This document shows positions 1 to 11,700 of a DNA stretch of 64,000 bases, in pieces (position 1 is the first letter of the stretch; every line of letters begins with the position of its first letter). Position numbers and translations under genes: made by a program. The notes below the pieces were generated by a model, which saw nothing but the letters and a program-made list of their open reading frames with translations, made no database searches and had not been told where the DNA came from. This stretch comes from Amoebophrya sp. A120. Lineage: Eukaryota > Protista > Dinoflagellata. Location of the stretch: positions 4,071,555 to 4,135,554 of the forward strand of contig CAJINV010000004.1 in NCBI GenBank assembly GCA_905178155.1, written 5' to 3'.

Positions 1-1
1 C

Positions 2-3000
2 GCGATCATCACCTACGAACAGCTCTTCCAGCAATATTCCAACTTCCCGTACGCCTACCGCGGCCCCGAGTTCCAGCTCGAGCCCGGAGTCTACCACAAC
101 CTCGGTGTCGGCTGCTGCCAGCCGGATGCGAACGAAGTGTTGGCCCTGCAGGGACCGGCCGTGAGCAACGCAAACTGCCGGCACCAGTGCGATTTGCGCG
201 GGGTGGATTGTGTGGGATACGACTACGACCTGAGTAAGCAGAGGTGCTGGCTGCAGACGGGAAGTACGGAAGTGCAGTCGGTTATGGGAGTGTCAGGACT
301 GATGAAATCGTCAAAGTTGAAATAGTTTGTCATGCATAAAATGCAACGCAGAAAGTGCCTCTATTGCAGAGAACGCAAGGGAGGCAGATAGTAGTGCTGG
401 TAAGGGTCGAGCATTGGGCTGCTGATTAGCATGACAAAGGGGAGCCCCTTTGCCCTAAACAGCATGACAAACTGGCTTCCGGTACGGACGAAATTTGTCA
501 TGCACCGACTAGAAACTTTGAGGCAAATTGGTATCGATTTTATGCATTACAACTTATTTCAACTTTGTCGATTTCATGATTCCTGACACTTCCATATCGG
601 TGTCGCTGAACCCACCGACGGACACCTGTAATGCGTGCTACGCGAAGAACCTGACCCTGACGAACCACTTTGACGCGAATGCCACGGCGGTGAACAGCAC
701 GCTGCTAGACCAGGAGCGGCAACTGGTGATCGAACAGAAACTGCTCGAAATGGCGCGACAGGAACCGAAACTGCACGAGCACCTCGGGCCGATCGAGGCG
801 GGGGACCCGCGGAGTTATGCGGATTTGCAGCACGAACTGCAGTACCTACAGCTGTACGGAAATTGCAGTCAACGGACCTCGAGCCCCTTTCTCCAATGGG
901 AACAGGCCCAGAAGACCGCGAGCGCCATTCTGGAGGCGCATAGAACCTTGTTTCAGAAGTACAGCAAGGAAAACTGGTATATTAGCACTGGAACAACATC
1001 TTCAGGCAGTAGTGGTAGCGGTGGTACAACAGGAGCATCTACTTCATCTTCTAATAGACGGGTATTGCAGACAGATATAGATGAGCCTCCTCGTCCCCTG
1101 GAGGACCAGCAGCTGCCCCATCATCAACCGCGGTGGTCGCAGATAGAAGCAGAAACAGGAACAAGTAGAAATTATCGAGGTGGAATAAAGAAAGCCGATG
1201 TGATGTCGTCCGCAAAAAGACGAGTAGCAACTACTTCCAGTAGCAGAAGATCAGGTGGCGCTGGTCGTACAACAACTAAAGTAGAGCAGCTCTTGCAAGA
1301 GGGCATCAGAACAAATTCAAATGTAGAGACCACGAACACGAAGCACACGATGCGAGAAAAAAGAAAAATGCAGATGAGACAACACCGAGATACTAGCCAC
1401 TACCACATTGAGAACAAGTGCGGCGGGCGGCAGAAGACAGTGGAGGAGGAAAAGCGGTGCGAGGTGAGGAAAAAGAGAAGAGCATCTTCTGCTGGGACAC
1501 GAGATGCAGTTGCAGATAGAATTTTTTGGGAGAATGAAAGGAACGGTATTAACGGAATACAGGCGGAGAAGCACCACACGCTCCATCTTCGAGAGCAGCC
1601 TGGCGCTCTTGAGACCGCACGACACCAGCGAGACCGCAAAGGACTCGATCGTGCGGGCGAGGGCGCAGAAGTAGCATCTTCAAGGTTGCACCAGAAGTCC
1701 TTCTCAGGACAGACAGCAAAATCGAGGGTAACGGCTGCACGGGACGACGAGCATACGAGTAGAGCTTTAGCCGCGCACGCAGCGACGAACAGTTCAACGA
1801 ACGGAACTGCAACTTCGAGCTCCGCCGTATGGCCTTCTCAAATGTTACACTCTCAAGCTCAACTGTAACATGATTTGTTTTTGTCATGCGAAATTACAAG
1901 TAGAATCTGAATCGACACGATCAAGCTGCTTCGCATGACAAATTCTCGAAACGTCAAACAGGCTGAGAATCTAGTCCAAATTTGTCATGCAAGACGCGCA
2001 AGGTTGCCCCCTTCACTTTTGCCATTCTTGCGTCACAAATCACGTAACAGCTGAGAGTGTAACCTTTGAGAACGCCATACGCTGCGTCTTCCACCACGAC
2101 CACTTTCTCTGCAGACAGTGACGAGAGCGACGAGCCCTCGGACGAGGAACTTTCGATTTTAGAGCAGCTCGGGTTGCTGGATCAAGCAGATCTGGATGAG
2201 CAGGACGCGGCAACCCAGTCCACCTGCATCGGCCCGAACTTTGAGTATGCCGGTCCGAGACTGGCGAACGCCGAGGTGTACGAGCGAACCACGGACCGGA
2301 AGTACTTCCTGACCAACCAGCGGGTGCAGCACGAGATTCTGGGCTACTGGGAGGGCGGCGGGCCGGCGGTGGTGCAGACGGAGAGCCGGATGCCCACGGA
2401 GCGGAAACTGTCCGAAAACATCGGGTATTCCGTCCCGGTTTTGTCTTTGGTGTTCAAGATCCAGGTGCCGCAGAACCGCGACGGGGCGGACGTGGTGCCG
2501 CCGGACCCGATGCTGGAAATCATGGGCGACTTGACCCACATCATCGGCAGAATACAAGTAGACGTCACCCAGTTCGCGGACCACCTGCGCGAAAGTCCGG
2601 GGGGAGTGTTCGACCCGACGGTACGTCTATTTGATGCGAGTGATTTGTTCATTATTATATTCCGGATGTTTTTACATTTGTTCTTGTCCCGTTGCTAGAA
2701 CACGAGCAGTGTCGCAACTTCTCAAACGCATCTTACATACGATGTGCATGTAGTTTATGTTAACGAAGTCCCTAATATCCTTTTACCTTTTCAACATTAA
2801 CGTCACAGACCTTCGAGGCCTACGTCGTGAACCGGCACGGGGACGTGGTCTGCAGCGCCTTCCTGGAGGAGCAGGTCCAGCGTCTTCCCAACACGGTGCC
2901 GGACACCGGGCAGCAGGCGGGTAACCCGGGCATGGGGCTGATTCACCAGGGGAATCTTCCGCCCTATCATATGTAAAAACATCCCCACCCCAGGGTTGTC

Positions 3001-4443
3001 ATGCAGATTTGCAAGCACAAGAGCATCTGTAAGGCGCATCCCCATGAGAGACATTGCCCATCGTGTTTTGGAACTTGTAATGCTGTAAACAGGATAAGGA
3101 CGAGACGGATTCGTTATGCGGCTTCCCTTGCTAAGCTGCACTACACTAGAGTCTGAAACTTGTCATGCGTGACTCCCAAAAGGTCTAGGTTTGTGTTGCA
3201 AAATCCCCATCTTGACTATGGTGTGGGGACGTTTTTCCGTAGGATACGCCCGTCCCCTTGGTCATCAAGAAGGTGTTCGAATCCGAGCATTTCAGTTATG
3301 GCGTTCTCAACTGTTACATTCTCATCTGTTACATGGATTTGTGACGCAAGAATGGCAAAAGTCAAAGCAGGGAGGTTGCACCTGTTGCATTACAAATTCC
3401 GCACAGGTTTAGGTGCTGTTTAGCCTTTCCAAAATTTGTCATGCGAAGTAGCTTCACCTTGTGAGTGTTGATGTTCGTTTTGCATTACAAATCATCTAAC
3501 AGTTGAGAATGTAGCAGTTCAGAACGCCATATCAGTTCGCTTTCCGCGGCGGATTTGGCCGAGGCGCCGTCGGACGGCCTCGTGAACGCAGACGGAGTCC
3601 TGATCATTCCGGTTACCAGTTCAGACACAACCACGTTTCGAGACACGAAGACCACGATATGACGCTGCACAAGAACTACTCCCCCGCCTCGTGGTTCCCC
3701 TCATTTGATGTCATGCAGAATACCAACTCCACGTGCTTCGACCTATTCCTTTGGGCACTGTTTGGATGCCAAATTTTGGAACCTCAAACTGTACTACAAT
3801 CCGTGTGAAGAAGATTTGTCATGCGGAAGCCACATTTCTGCCGTTGCTTGTGTTGCCATTCACGCACTTGGACTTGAAATGAGGGAAAGGCAGAGGGGGA
3901 GTTAAGGTTGTGCACTCTGATACAGGGGTCCGGTGGACCTTCTAGCCGAGAACTTTTACGTCGTGGTGTGGGCGGACCAGTGGGCGTTTGTCGACACGTG
4001 GACGCTATCATTCGCAAAATAAGAATTATCGTACCAATTCAGATTTTTAAAATTGCGGCAACAGCATCACGAAAATTTGCTTAGCATGACAAGAAATGGA
4101 CTTTGTGATGCTGATGCAGCTTGGAACGAAAGGAGATGCATCTTGTTGCAGGACTGCAACTGCTACGAGTACGATAGTATAGATTTGCACAGGATACACT
4201 TTCGTCAGCTCGTGGGTCAAGATCGTGCTGGGCGGCTACCCGTTTTCGCTCTTTATGATTGTCACGATCCTCTACTCCATCCGAGAATGCGCCGTCAAGA
4301 AGAAGGAAAGCATCCGCCAGACCGGGCTTTTCGACTCGAAACTGCGGATTCTCGGGCCGGCGGAGATCGAAAAAGACCGGCAGAAGGAAGCCGCGGCGCA
4401 AACAGCTGGCAGGAGCGGGGGCGCGTCGCTGTCGTTGGAGTAG
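2..4443 (+). CDS. 5'-truncated PAN/apple-domain membrane protein (>=894 aa) with C-terminal hydrophobic helix; adhesin-like
   Basis: Frame is open from base 2 and stays open after removing six TIR elements plus one TSD each (283, 1828, 2965, 3297, 3658, 4006) and a GT-AG intron at 2621-2808. PAN-like motif CRHQCDLRGVDCVGYDYDLSKQRCWL; TM-like WVKIVLGGYPFSLFMIVTILYSI before stop at 4443. Confidence 0.75.
283..596. mobile_element. Introner-like MITE, family A
   Basis: ~60-bp imperfect TIR TATGGGAGTGTCAGGA.../...TCCTGACACTTCCATA; TSD TCGGT (278-282, 597-601); removing 319 nt joins EVQS-VSLNPP in frame. Confidence 0.95.
1828..2079. mobile_element. Introner-like MITE, family C (reverse orientation relative to the other C copies)
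   Basis: TIR TATGGCCTTCTCAAATGTTACA/TGTAACCTTTGAGAACGCCATA; TSD CGCCG/CGCTG; removing 257 nt joins ORF 528 to ORF 2066. Confidence 0.93.
2965..3246. mobile_element. Introner-like MITE, family B
   Basis: TIR TATCATATGTAAAAACATCCCCACCCCA/TGGTGTGGGGACGTTTTTCCGTAGGATA; TSD CGCCC; removing 287 nt gives NLPP-VPLVIK. Confidence 0.92.
3297..3531. mobile_element. Introner-like MITE, family C
   Basis: TIR TATGGCGTTCTCAACTGTTACATTCTCA/TGAGAATGTAGCAGTTCAGAACGCCATA; TSD TCAGT; 240 nt removed in frame. Confidence 0.95.
3658..3922. mobile_element. Degenerate introner-like element (singleton)
   Basis: Degenerate TIR TATGACGCTGCACAA..ACTCCCCC..CCCTCATTT matched by the right end; TSD CACGA/CAGGG; removing 270 nt eliminates a stop and restores frame. 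Confidence 0.8.
4006..4196. mobile_element. Degenerate introner-like element, family D-like
   Basis: Ends TATCATTCGCAAAAT..ATCGTAC / GAGTACGAT..TTTGCACAGGATA; TSD decayed (GACGC/CACTT); removing 196 nt joins to ORF 4225. Confidence 0.75.
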
Positions 4444-5700
4444 GACGATTATATCGTGGACCACGCGCTGCTACTTCTATATGTAGATGTAGTTCGTCGT
4501 CCGTGGTAATAGACCTCGAGCGGTTGGTGATGATTCATTCTACGTGCAGGATACACAGCTTGTGACCTCCTCCGCATCGCCCATGTGTGTTGAGACGCGG
4601 GCTATGATCCTGCACGATCATACCAGTCACCGAAGATCACTTCAGCTAGCGAAAAAATATCCTTTCCTCACTCCTTACGTGATTTTTATGAACTAAGAAT
4701 TCAAGAACATACTATGTTCCTAGAACCCACTCGACGTCGTTCCACTCTCTTCTCAGAACTCTTTCGCAGAACTGTTTTCCACCCCGGAACACCCACTACT
4801 ACCTTCTACAACCCGAACCCACTTCAACTTCTGCTTCTCATCTTAAAAACCACGAGATGAAGAAGGGACGACAACTGTATCAATTTCCTAGAAAAATGCG
4901 GTTTGGCCATATTTGTAGTCTGAGCGACCTTGGTTTGCTGTCGCAAAATGACGTGGTGCCGACAACTTTTACTTCTTTTCGTACAGTATCATTCCTAGAA
5001 TTTGAATTTTAATCAAAACCCGAACCGCCTGGGCATGAGCACGCCTGACATCAAAGACAGTATGAGGTCGACGAGGACATCTCCGTCCTCGCCAGATGTT
5101 CCAGCCAATAAAGATGGCCATCTTGTTCTGCGTAGGTCTTTTGCTTCTCTTTGGGGTAAATGCAAGGCGACTGCTGCGGGCTGCGTGAAACAGCGTCATG
5201 GCTACAGCGTCAACATCAACACGTGCGTATAGCATATCTTACTTGAGCGTCGTGGTTTGCTGCAAATTAGCGCTTTTCATCTGAGAGGAATCATTGCAAC
5301 ACGCAACACAAATAAATCATTGCCATTGGAGGACGTTGAGAACTAGCTGTATTTATTCAAAAGCACCGACGAAAGGTGGATAGCCATAGCGTGTGCGCGA
5401 TGGCCATCTTCTCCATTGATCATGATAAGTATGATCATGATCCCGCTATTTGTGATTCTGATTTCTACTGGTTCTAGCTGTAGAAGCCGTAATACGGGTT
5501 ATACCGGTTGTTGAATAAGAGGTTGTAGTGTCGCGCTTTTGCTCGGCCTCTTGTTCTCCCCAAACCAAAAGTTTAGGTTGAGGTTTGCCTATGTGGTCCA
5601 TTCCAAGTAAGTACATTTGACTCTTGACTTTTTGACTTTTGTGAATTTGATTCTTGAACAAAAAATCGTTGAAAAAAACTCCGTATTCCGCCCGGTGAAA

Positions 5701-8700
5701 ATGTTGTCGCGATCCCAGCGCCTCGCGGAGATGGAGCGGGAAAAGTCGCAGATCGCAAAGTTAGAAAGGCACCTGCAGCAGCTGAAAGGCGCCGAGGAGG
5801 CCAAAAGCATGTACGACGACGATGAAGCAGAGGACGAAGAGGAAAGCGAAAGCGCCGCCGCCGAAATGGATGAGAGAATACCCATGGCGAAGAAGAATTT
5901 AAACGAGGTGAACGCCTCATCGAAAAATTATGGGCCACCACACGCAGGCAACATGGGAGAGTACTTACGATTTCTTGATTTTGAAAGATCATGAAATAAA
6001 GGTTGCACAATAGGAATAGAAATGATACGCATGATCTTCCATCAAGAACAACGGGCGCCGGCATTGCGCTACTTATTTTGCTAGAGTGGTTCTGGTCATG
6101 AGATGAGAATAAACAATGTATCCAGCCTCACAACGGCTACGGAAGACGAGTCCGCGTGGCCGAACCGTATCCAGGAAAAAACACCCATTCCCAGCCAATT
6201 TGTCATGCAAAACATGCATAAAGTCCGCTATTTGTGATTCAGAAAATGGATCATGGGGATGGCTGTTTTTTCCTGGATAAACCGATCCTCCTCCGCACAC
6301 GACCCCGCGGTGGACCAAACCTACCCAAGCAAAGGAACCAGCAGCAGTGGGCTCGAGGCCTCCGAAACTGCCTCGGTGGCCGAATTGTTGGCGATTCACG
6401 AAGAGCTGACGTCGCTAGATCCGCGTTTGACCTCCATGCGCGTAGAAGAACACCCAATGCTCGTCCTCCCGGAAGATGAAGTAGGACGAGGAGCAGCTGC
6501 AAATGCTGAAGCAGGAGGTTGCTCTATGTTGGAGCCCGCACCCCAGAGCACGACGAGCGAGCGCCACCGAGGTAGTGGTAGTGCAGCCACAGCAGATGCA
6601 GAAGTAGACCCCTCGGACCTCCGTGTGCAGCGAACAGCTGCTGGCAGTAAGAACGCATCCGGCTCGCGCAGTCCGGGGGTCCGGAAGATGCTGAGTAAGC
6701 CGCTCTTGTATTACCCGAACAGTGGCTCGAGTCCGAGCACGACGCAGCGACCTGGTGCCACTACTGGTGTTGCGTTGTCTCTGTCGCAGCAGGAACAAGA
6801 CCAAGAACTACTACACGAGCAGCCACAATACGTTAGCAAGAAACCGCTGCCGACTCTGTCGCCCGCGCCGGAGGCCTTTTCCACGGCCCGGGAGTGCAAT
6901 ATGGCGTTCTCAACTGTTACATTCTCAACTGTTACAGCATGGATTTGTGATGCGAGAATGGCAATAGTCAAAGGGGCAAGCTTGCTGCTTTCGCATCACA
7001 GACTTGGCACAGATTTAAATGCTGTCTAGCCTCTCGGAGATTTGTCATGCGAAGCAGCTTGATCATCTGGCGGCTTAAGGTAGTCTTGCATGGCAAGTTC
7101 ATGTAACAGCTGAAAATGTAACGTTTGAGAATGCAATATGCAACAGCCCGGACCTGCGTTTGCAAACGTTTCGGCCAGCGGATTCGGAGCCGCGATTTCT
7201 GGAGTCGCCCCCGACCTCCGAGGTCGGAGCGCGTATCATTCGCGGGCCGACGAGTAAGAACGCACTGCTGCTGCCCTCGGATGACATGGTATTAAGTATC
7301 TATGACTATGTCTGACGAGTTGCATGATTACTATTAGCTTTCTTGCCAGGCGGAGGCATGGGCATGAATGCAATAAATTTGAATTAAATGGATAGATGCG
7401 ATATGCAGACACGGAGGTCGATTTTCGTGTGTTGATTGTTCGCGCTCTGCATGTTGATTGTTCACGATGATGAAAGTGAAACACAGAATTAGAAAAGTCA
7501 GATTTATTGGCAGTATAAGGATACGTACAATAACACTAACAATACACGTGCAGGGCCGCCACCGCAGCAGCGTGAGCACAACGAGTTTAATGTTTCGCAT
7601 CGCCCGGGATTCTTGTGTCGAGGTCGACCCACCCGAAGTGCTGGAAAATTTAGAAAAACCGGTGGCGGAGACCCGGCAAGAAGGAGCGTCGATGACGATA
7701 CCACAGGAAGAACAAAGCCAGCACTTGTTACACCACCAGCATCAAATGGTCGAAGTGCCCGTGTTGGAGATCAGCTCGTCGAGCTCTGCGTCTCCAGTTT
7801 CCGTCGAGGTCGAGGTGGAGGTCGATCATGATAATGATGCTGGACAACTACAGCTACAGGCACAGCCTCCGGATGAAGAAGCGAGTCGTGGTGGAGCAGG
7901 AGCAGCTGCTCTATCAACCTCAAAACAAGACCTGCTGTCTATGGCGTTCTCAACTGTTACATTCTCAAGTGTTACATGATTATTTTCTGATGCAAGAATG
8001 GGAAAAATGAAAGGGGGAAGGTTGCACCTGTAGGATTACAAATTCCGCACAGAAGATTTCGGTGCGGTTTAGCCCTTCGCAAATTTGTCATGCGGAGCAG
8101 CTTGGAGGTTGCGAATATGATGATGGTACTTTTGCATGACAAGACCCTAGATCTCCTGCGTCCGAAGCTGCTTGCGGCGACGGTGCAAAGGTTTTTGATG
8201 TGGTGCAGTCGGGTATGCGTGACAAATTTATGTAACAGTTGAGAATGTAACACTTGAGAGCCCCATACTGTCCTCGAGCTCCTCGTCCGTCGAGCTACTA
8301 CCTATCGGAAGTAGAAGTACAGCATACGATCCTGTTGCCGTGGTCGCACGGCAGCAAGACCTGGTACTGGTCAACGCCGGTAGCGTGATGGTGCAAAATG
8401 CAGCTGCGGATAGAGCACAAGCGACCGTCGGAAATCAAGCAGAACAGCAACGTGCAACCGAAAGAACAGCACCAGCTGCGCGAAACTTTTCACCTCCAGC
8501 AGGAGGTGGAGCACCAGCTGCGAAAAAGACTCCTGATGAAGCCTCTCCGAAGTGGACCAGCATCGAGGAAGCGCGGAGGAGCTACCAGCGCGAGAAAATC
8601 AACCGTAAGAGTCAAGAGGAGCAGCGGAAATCTGTGGAGGGGCTAATGTTGCCGCAAGGAGCAGGAGGAGGTCCTGGGCGGGCCTCTTTCCAGACCGGAC

Positions 8701-11700
8701 GCCAGAGCTTCGGCGAGGGTGGAGATCAAGATGATTACCATGATTCGGGAGTACTAGCAGAGCAAGTCGTGCAAGAAAACCATGATGTGGAAGATGATAG
8801 TGCAGATGCGAGAGAGCAGGTGCAACTACTCGGCAAGTCGCAGGAGCAAAGCAGTAGTTCTACTTCACAGCCCCCGGGTATGGTCACGTCTCAGAAGTCC
8901 GGGGCGGTAGCGTTCTCGGTGCCGTTCGGATCTACTGCTGCACCACCTGCGGCTGAAACAAATAAAACAGCAGGCGGCACTGGAGCTGCTGGAGCAAACC
9001 ATCCTCACCCTGTAGGAGCCTCTTCTGCGCCGCCGGTCAAGATTGTTCCCGACCACCTTCCGGTGACAACCCGGGTGGAACCAAATCCAAATTTTTTCGC
9101 CACCGCGACTGAGGAACAGAAAGCTAGACGCCGCTCGCTGTCCAGTGACAGCGCGAGACAGCAGCACAAGTCGCCCGTTGGTAATAACAAGCAAGCTGGT
9201 AATGTGCCACAGAAGAGTCTCGACGATCAGGCTGCAGACGGAGCCACTAGTACTGCTGGAACAGCAGCTCTGCAAGCAGGTTCATCGACGCGGCGCATGT
9301 CCTTCGAAGCTCCCAGCCGCACGACATCATCCATCGACCCGAGAACGGGTGAGAAAGTGGTGATTCGACGGAACCAAGCGCCCTACGCCGTGCGCAGAAC
9401 CGTGACACGAAGCCGATCACCACAGCTGAAGTCAAGAGACGGAATTGCTACTTCTAGCAATCCTAATATGATAACAAGTTCATCTTCCAGCAGCAGTTAT
9501 ACGAACAACACAACTAGCAGACAGGAGCAGCTAATTGGGCCGCGGGAAGGTCTCGCTATGTCCGCTGGCGGCGGGGTCCTGCTAGTCACGACGGATGGTG
9601 ATCCGCATGATCGAGGTGGCGAAGACGCCTACATCAAAGACGCCTCGTCGAAGGAGACGATACTCGTTGCGTCAAGGAGGAGCGGAGATCATGTTGATCA
9701 TGTAGCAGATGAAACCGATAAAAACCACCAGGACGAGGCTCTTGGTTTGATGCAAGATGAACTTCTAGTACACCGGGACAGCCAAGAAGACCTCCATCAA
9801 GATGACAATTCGAACCTTTTCGGCAACACCCTGACCTATTCGATGGATTCGGACATGAAGCTTGGCAGCTGCCGTCCGAACCTCGCCGCAGAGATGCGCA
9901 TAGTACCGAGAGCAGGAGATCATGTTGCTCATGGCGCGGCAGATGAAGAAAGCCGCGAACATGTTGACGATGTCGCAACAGACTTAGAGGTGAACTACGA
10001 AACAACCTCTGGCGCAGGACCTGCATCCAGCAGCCGACTAGGTGGGTTTTCCTCCTCTCCGCACGCCGCAGCGCGCAGTGCGTTTACCGGCACGTACCGC
10101 AGCCGGGTAAACGACGATAATAACTCTATTTCCGGTGACGATCTGACGACAAACAACATGGCGCAGCCGCAAAAGTCGAGACTCGTAGCGCCGCCATGGC
10201 AAGAAGAGGTAGTAGCGTCTTCGTCCGAAGGTGTTGGTGGAGGTTCTGCTGCTGCATCAATCGGAAGTAGAAGTAAAATCTCTTCCTCGTCGGCCGCGTC
10301 GACCACCACCAACAGATTGCAACAGGCTCCTTCAGCTGCTCCTCAGCACGACAGTTCCGCTCTTTATTCCGCTCCGGTGTTTCTAGAAGACGATCAAGTG
10401 ATCAACGAAGCCGATGCCGTGATGGAAGAGACAAAACAGCTACTAAACAAACACAGCCACCGCAAACTACAGATGCTGGACGAAGAGGTCGTCCGCGGGA
10501 GAAGCGATGAGACTTCAGCAGGCGAGCGAAATGCAATAGCACAGAGACAGGCAACAGGTCAAGGAACTGAAGACAAACCTCCAGCCGGGCACGGCGAAGT
10601 CGAAGAAGATGTCGTCGACCCCTTCGGCTTGGCTGATTCGCCGAAGCCGATGAAGGTGCACATTGGGAAGCGGGAGGTGAAACCCCGGGGCGACACGAGC
10701 CAGGGCATCGAAGAGCTGCCGGTGCTTCGCATAGGTAGTCAGCATTTGAACAGCAGTTCCGAAGTCGACAATTACCAGGAGACGGACTACAGCAACCACG
10801 ACCTGTTCCACCCGCAGCCCTTTTCCCTCGCAAGCTCTGCCGCGAGCTCGCGGCTGCGCAGCTTCCGCGAGGCGGTGATCCAGGAGAAGGGAGGAGCGTC
10901 CAACTCCAATTCGGTTTCGGAAACCGAGATCTTGAACAAGGGAGGTGCAGTTGTTGCTGGTGCGTCTTCTTCTAATGTTGCTGGAGGCACGACTCCTTCA
11001 TCTGCTGAACCGTTCTACGCGAAGTCGATGTCATCTGTGCTCGAAGTTGTTGGGAAGGAGAAGCTAGTCGCCGCAATGGCCGCTTCAACAACGTCTGCTA
11101 CAGGAGCAAACAAGCCAGAAGGCGATAATTCTAATTCACCCGTCAGATGCCAGTCCCCGCAACTGGCCGCCAGCGCGAGCCGGCTTTTGCTCGGCAAGCC
11201 CAAAATGACACGAACTTTGGCTAGTTGTACTGAGATGAACAGTGGTCAGTCTCAGTTCCTACCCGGCACACGGGTGGGTCATCACGTCGGGGGCGGGTCA
11301 ACATTTACGGAGTTGGAGGTTGCGAACAAGGACAAAGGCCATAATGGTGCAACTGAGCTACAAGCTGGTGCGGCAAGTAATTCTAATTCATCCTCCGCGT
11401 CCAGCTCCAGTACAAGCACAACAACCCGTATCCGCGCTAACTCCGACCTGGCGGCGCTTGGCACAACCGGAGGAGCTGCTGCAGCTACACTGAACAATAA
11501 GCAGACCGTCGTGAGAATTGGCGGCGCAAGTCGGGGTCACCAGAGTGCAACGACCTCCACCCGGGATCTGCTCCACAACCAGCAGCTCCGGTGGTCGACC
11601 GCCTCGACGCCGACGCCCATCAACATTGGACGGAACAACACGCCAAATGGGGTCACAAAAAGCTTCTTTGGAGGCGGGAAAAATAATTGTAACCTTCATT

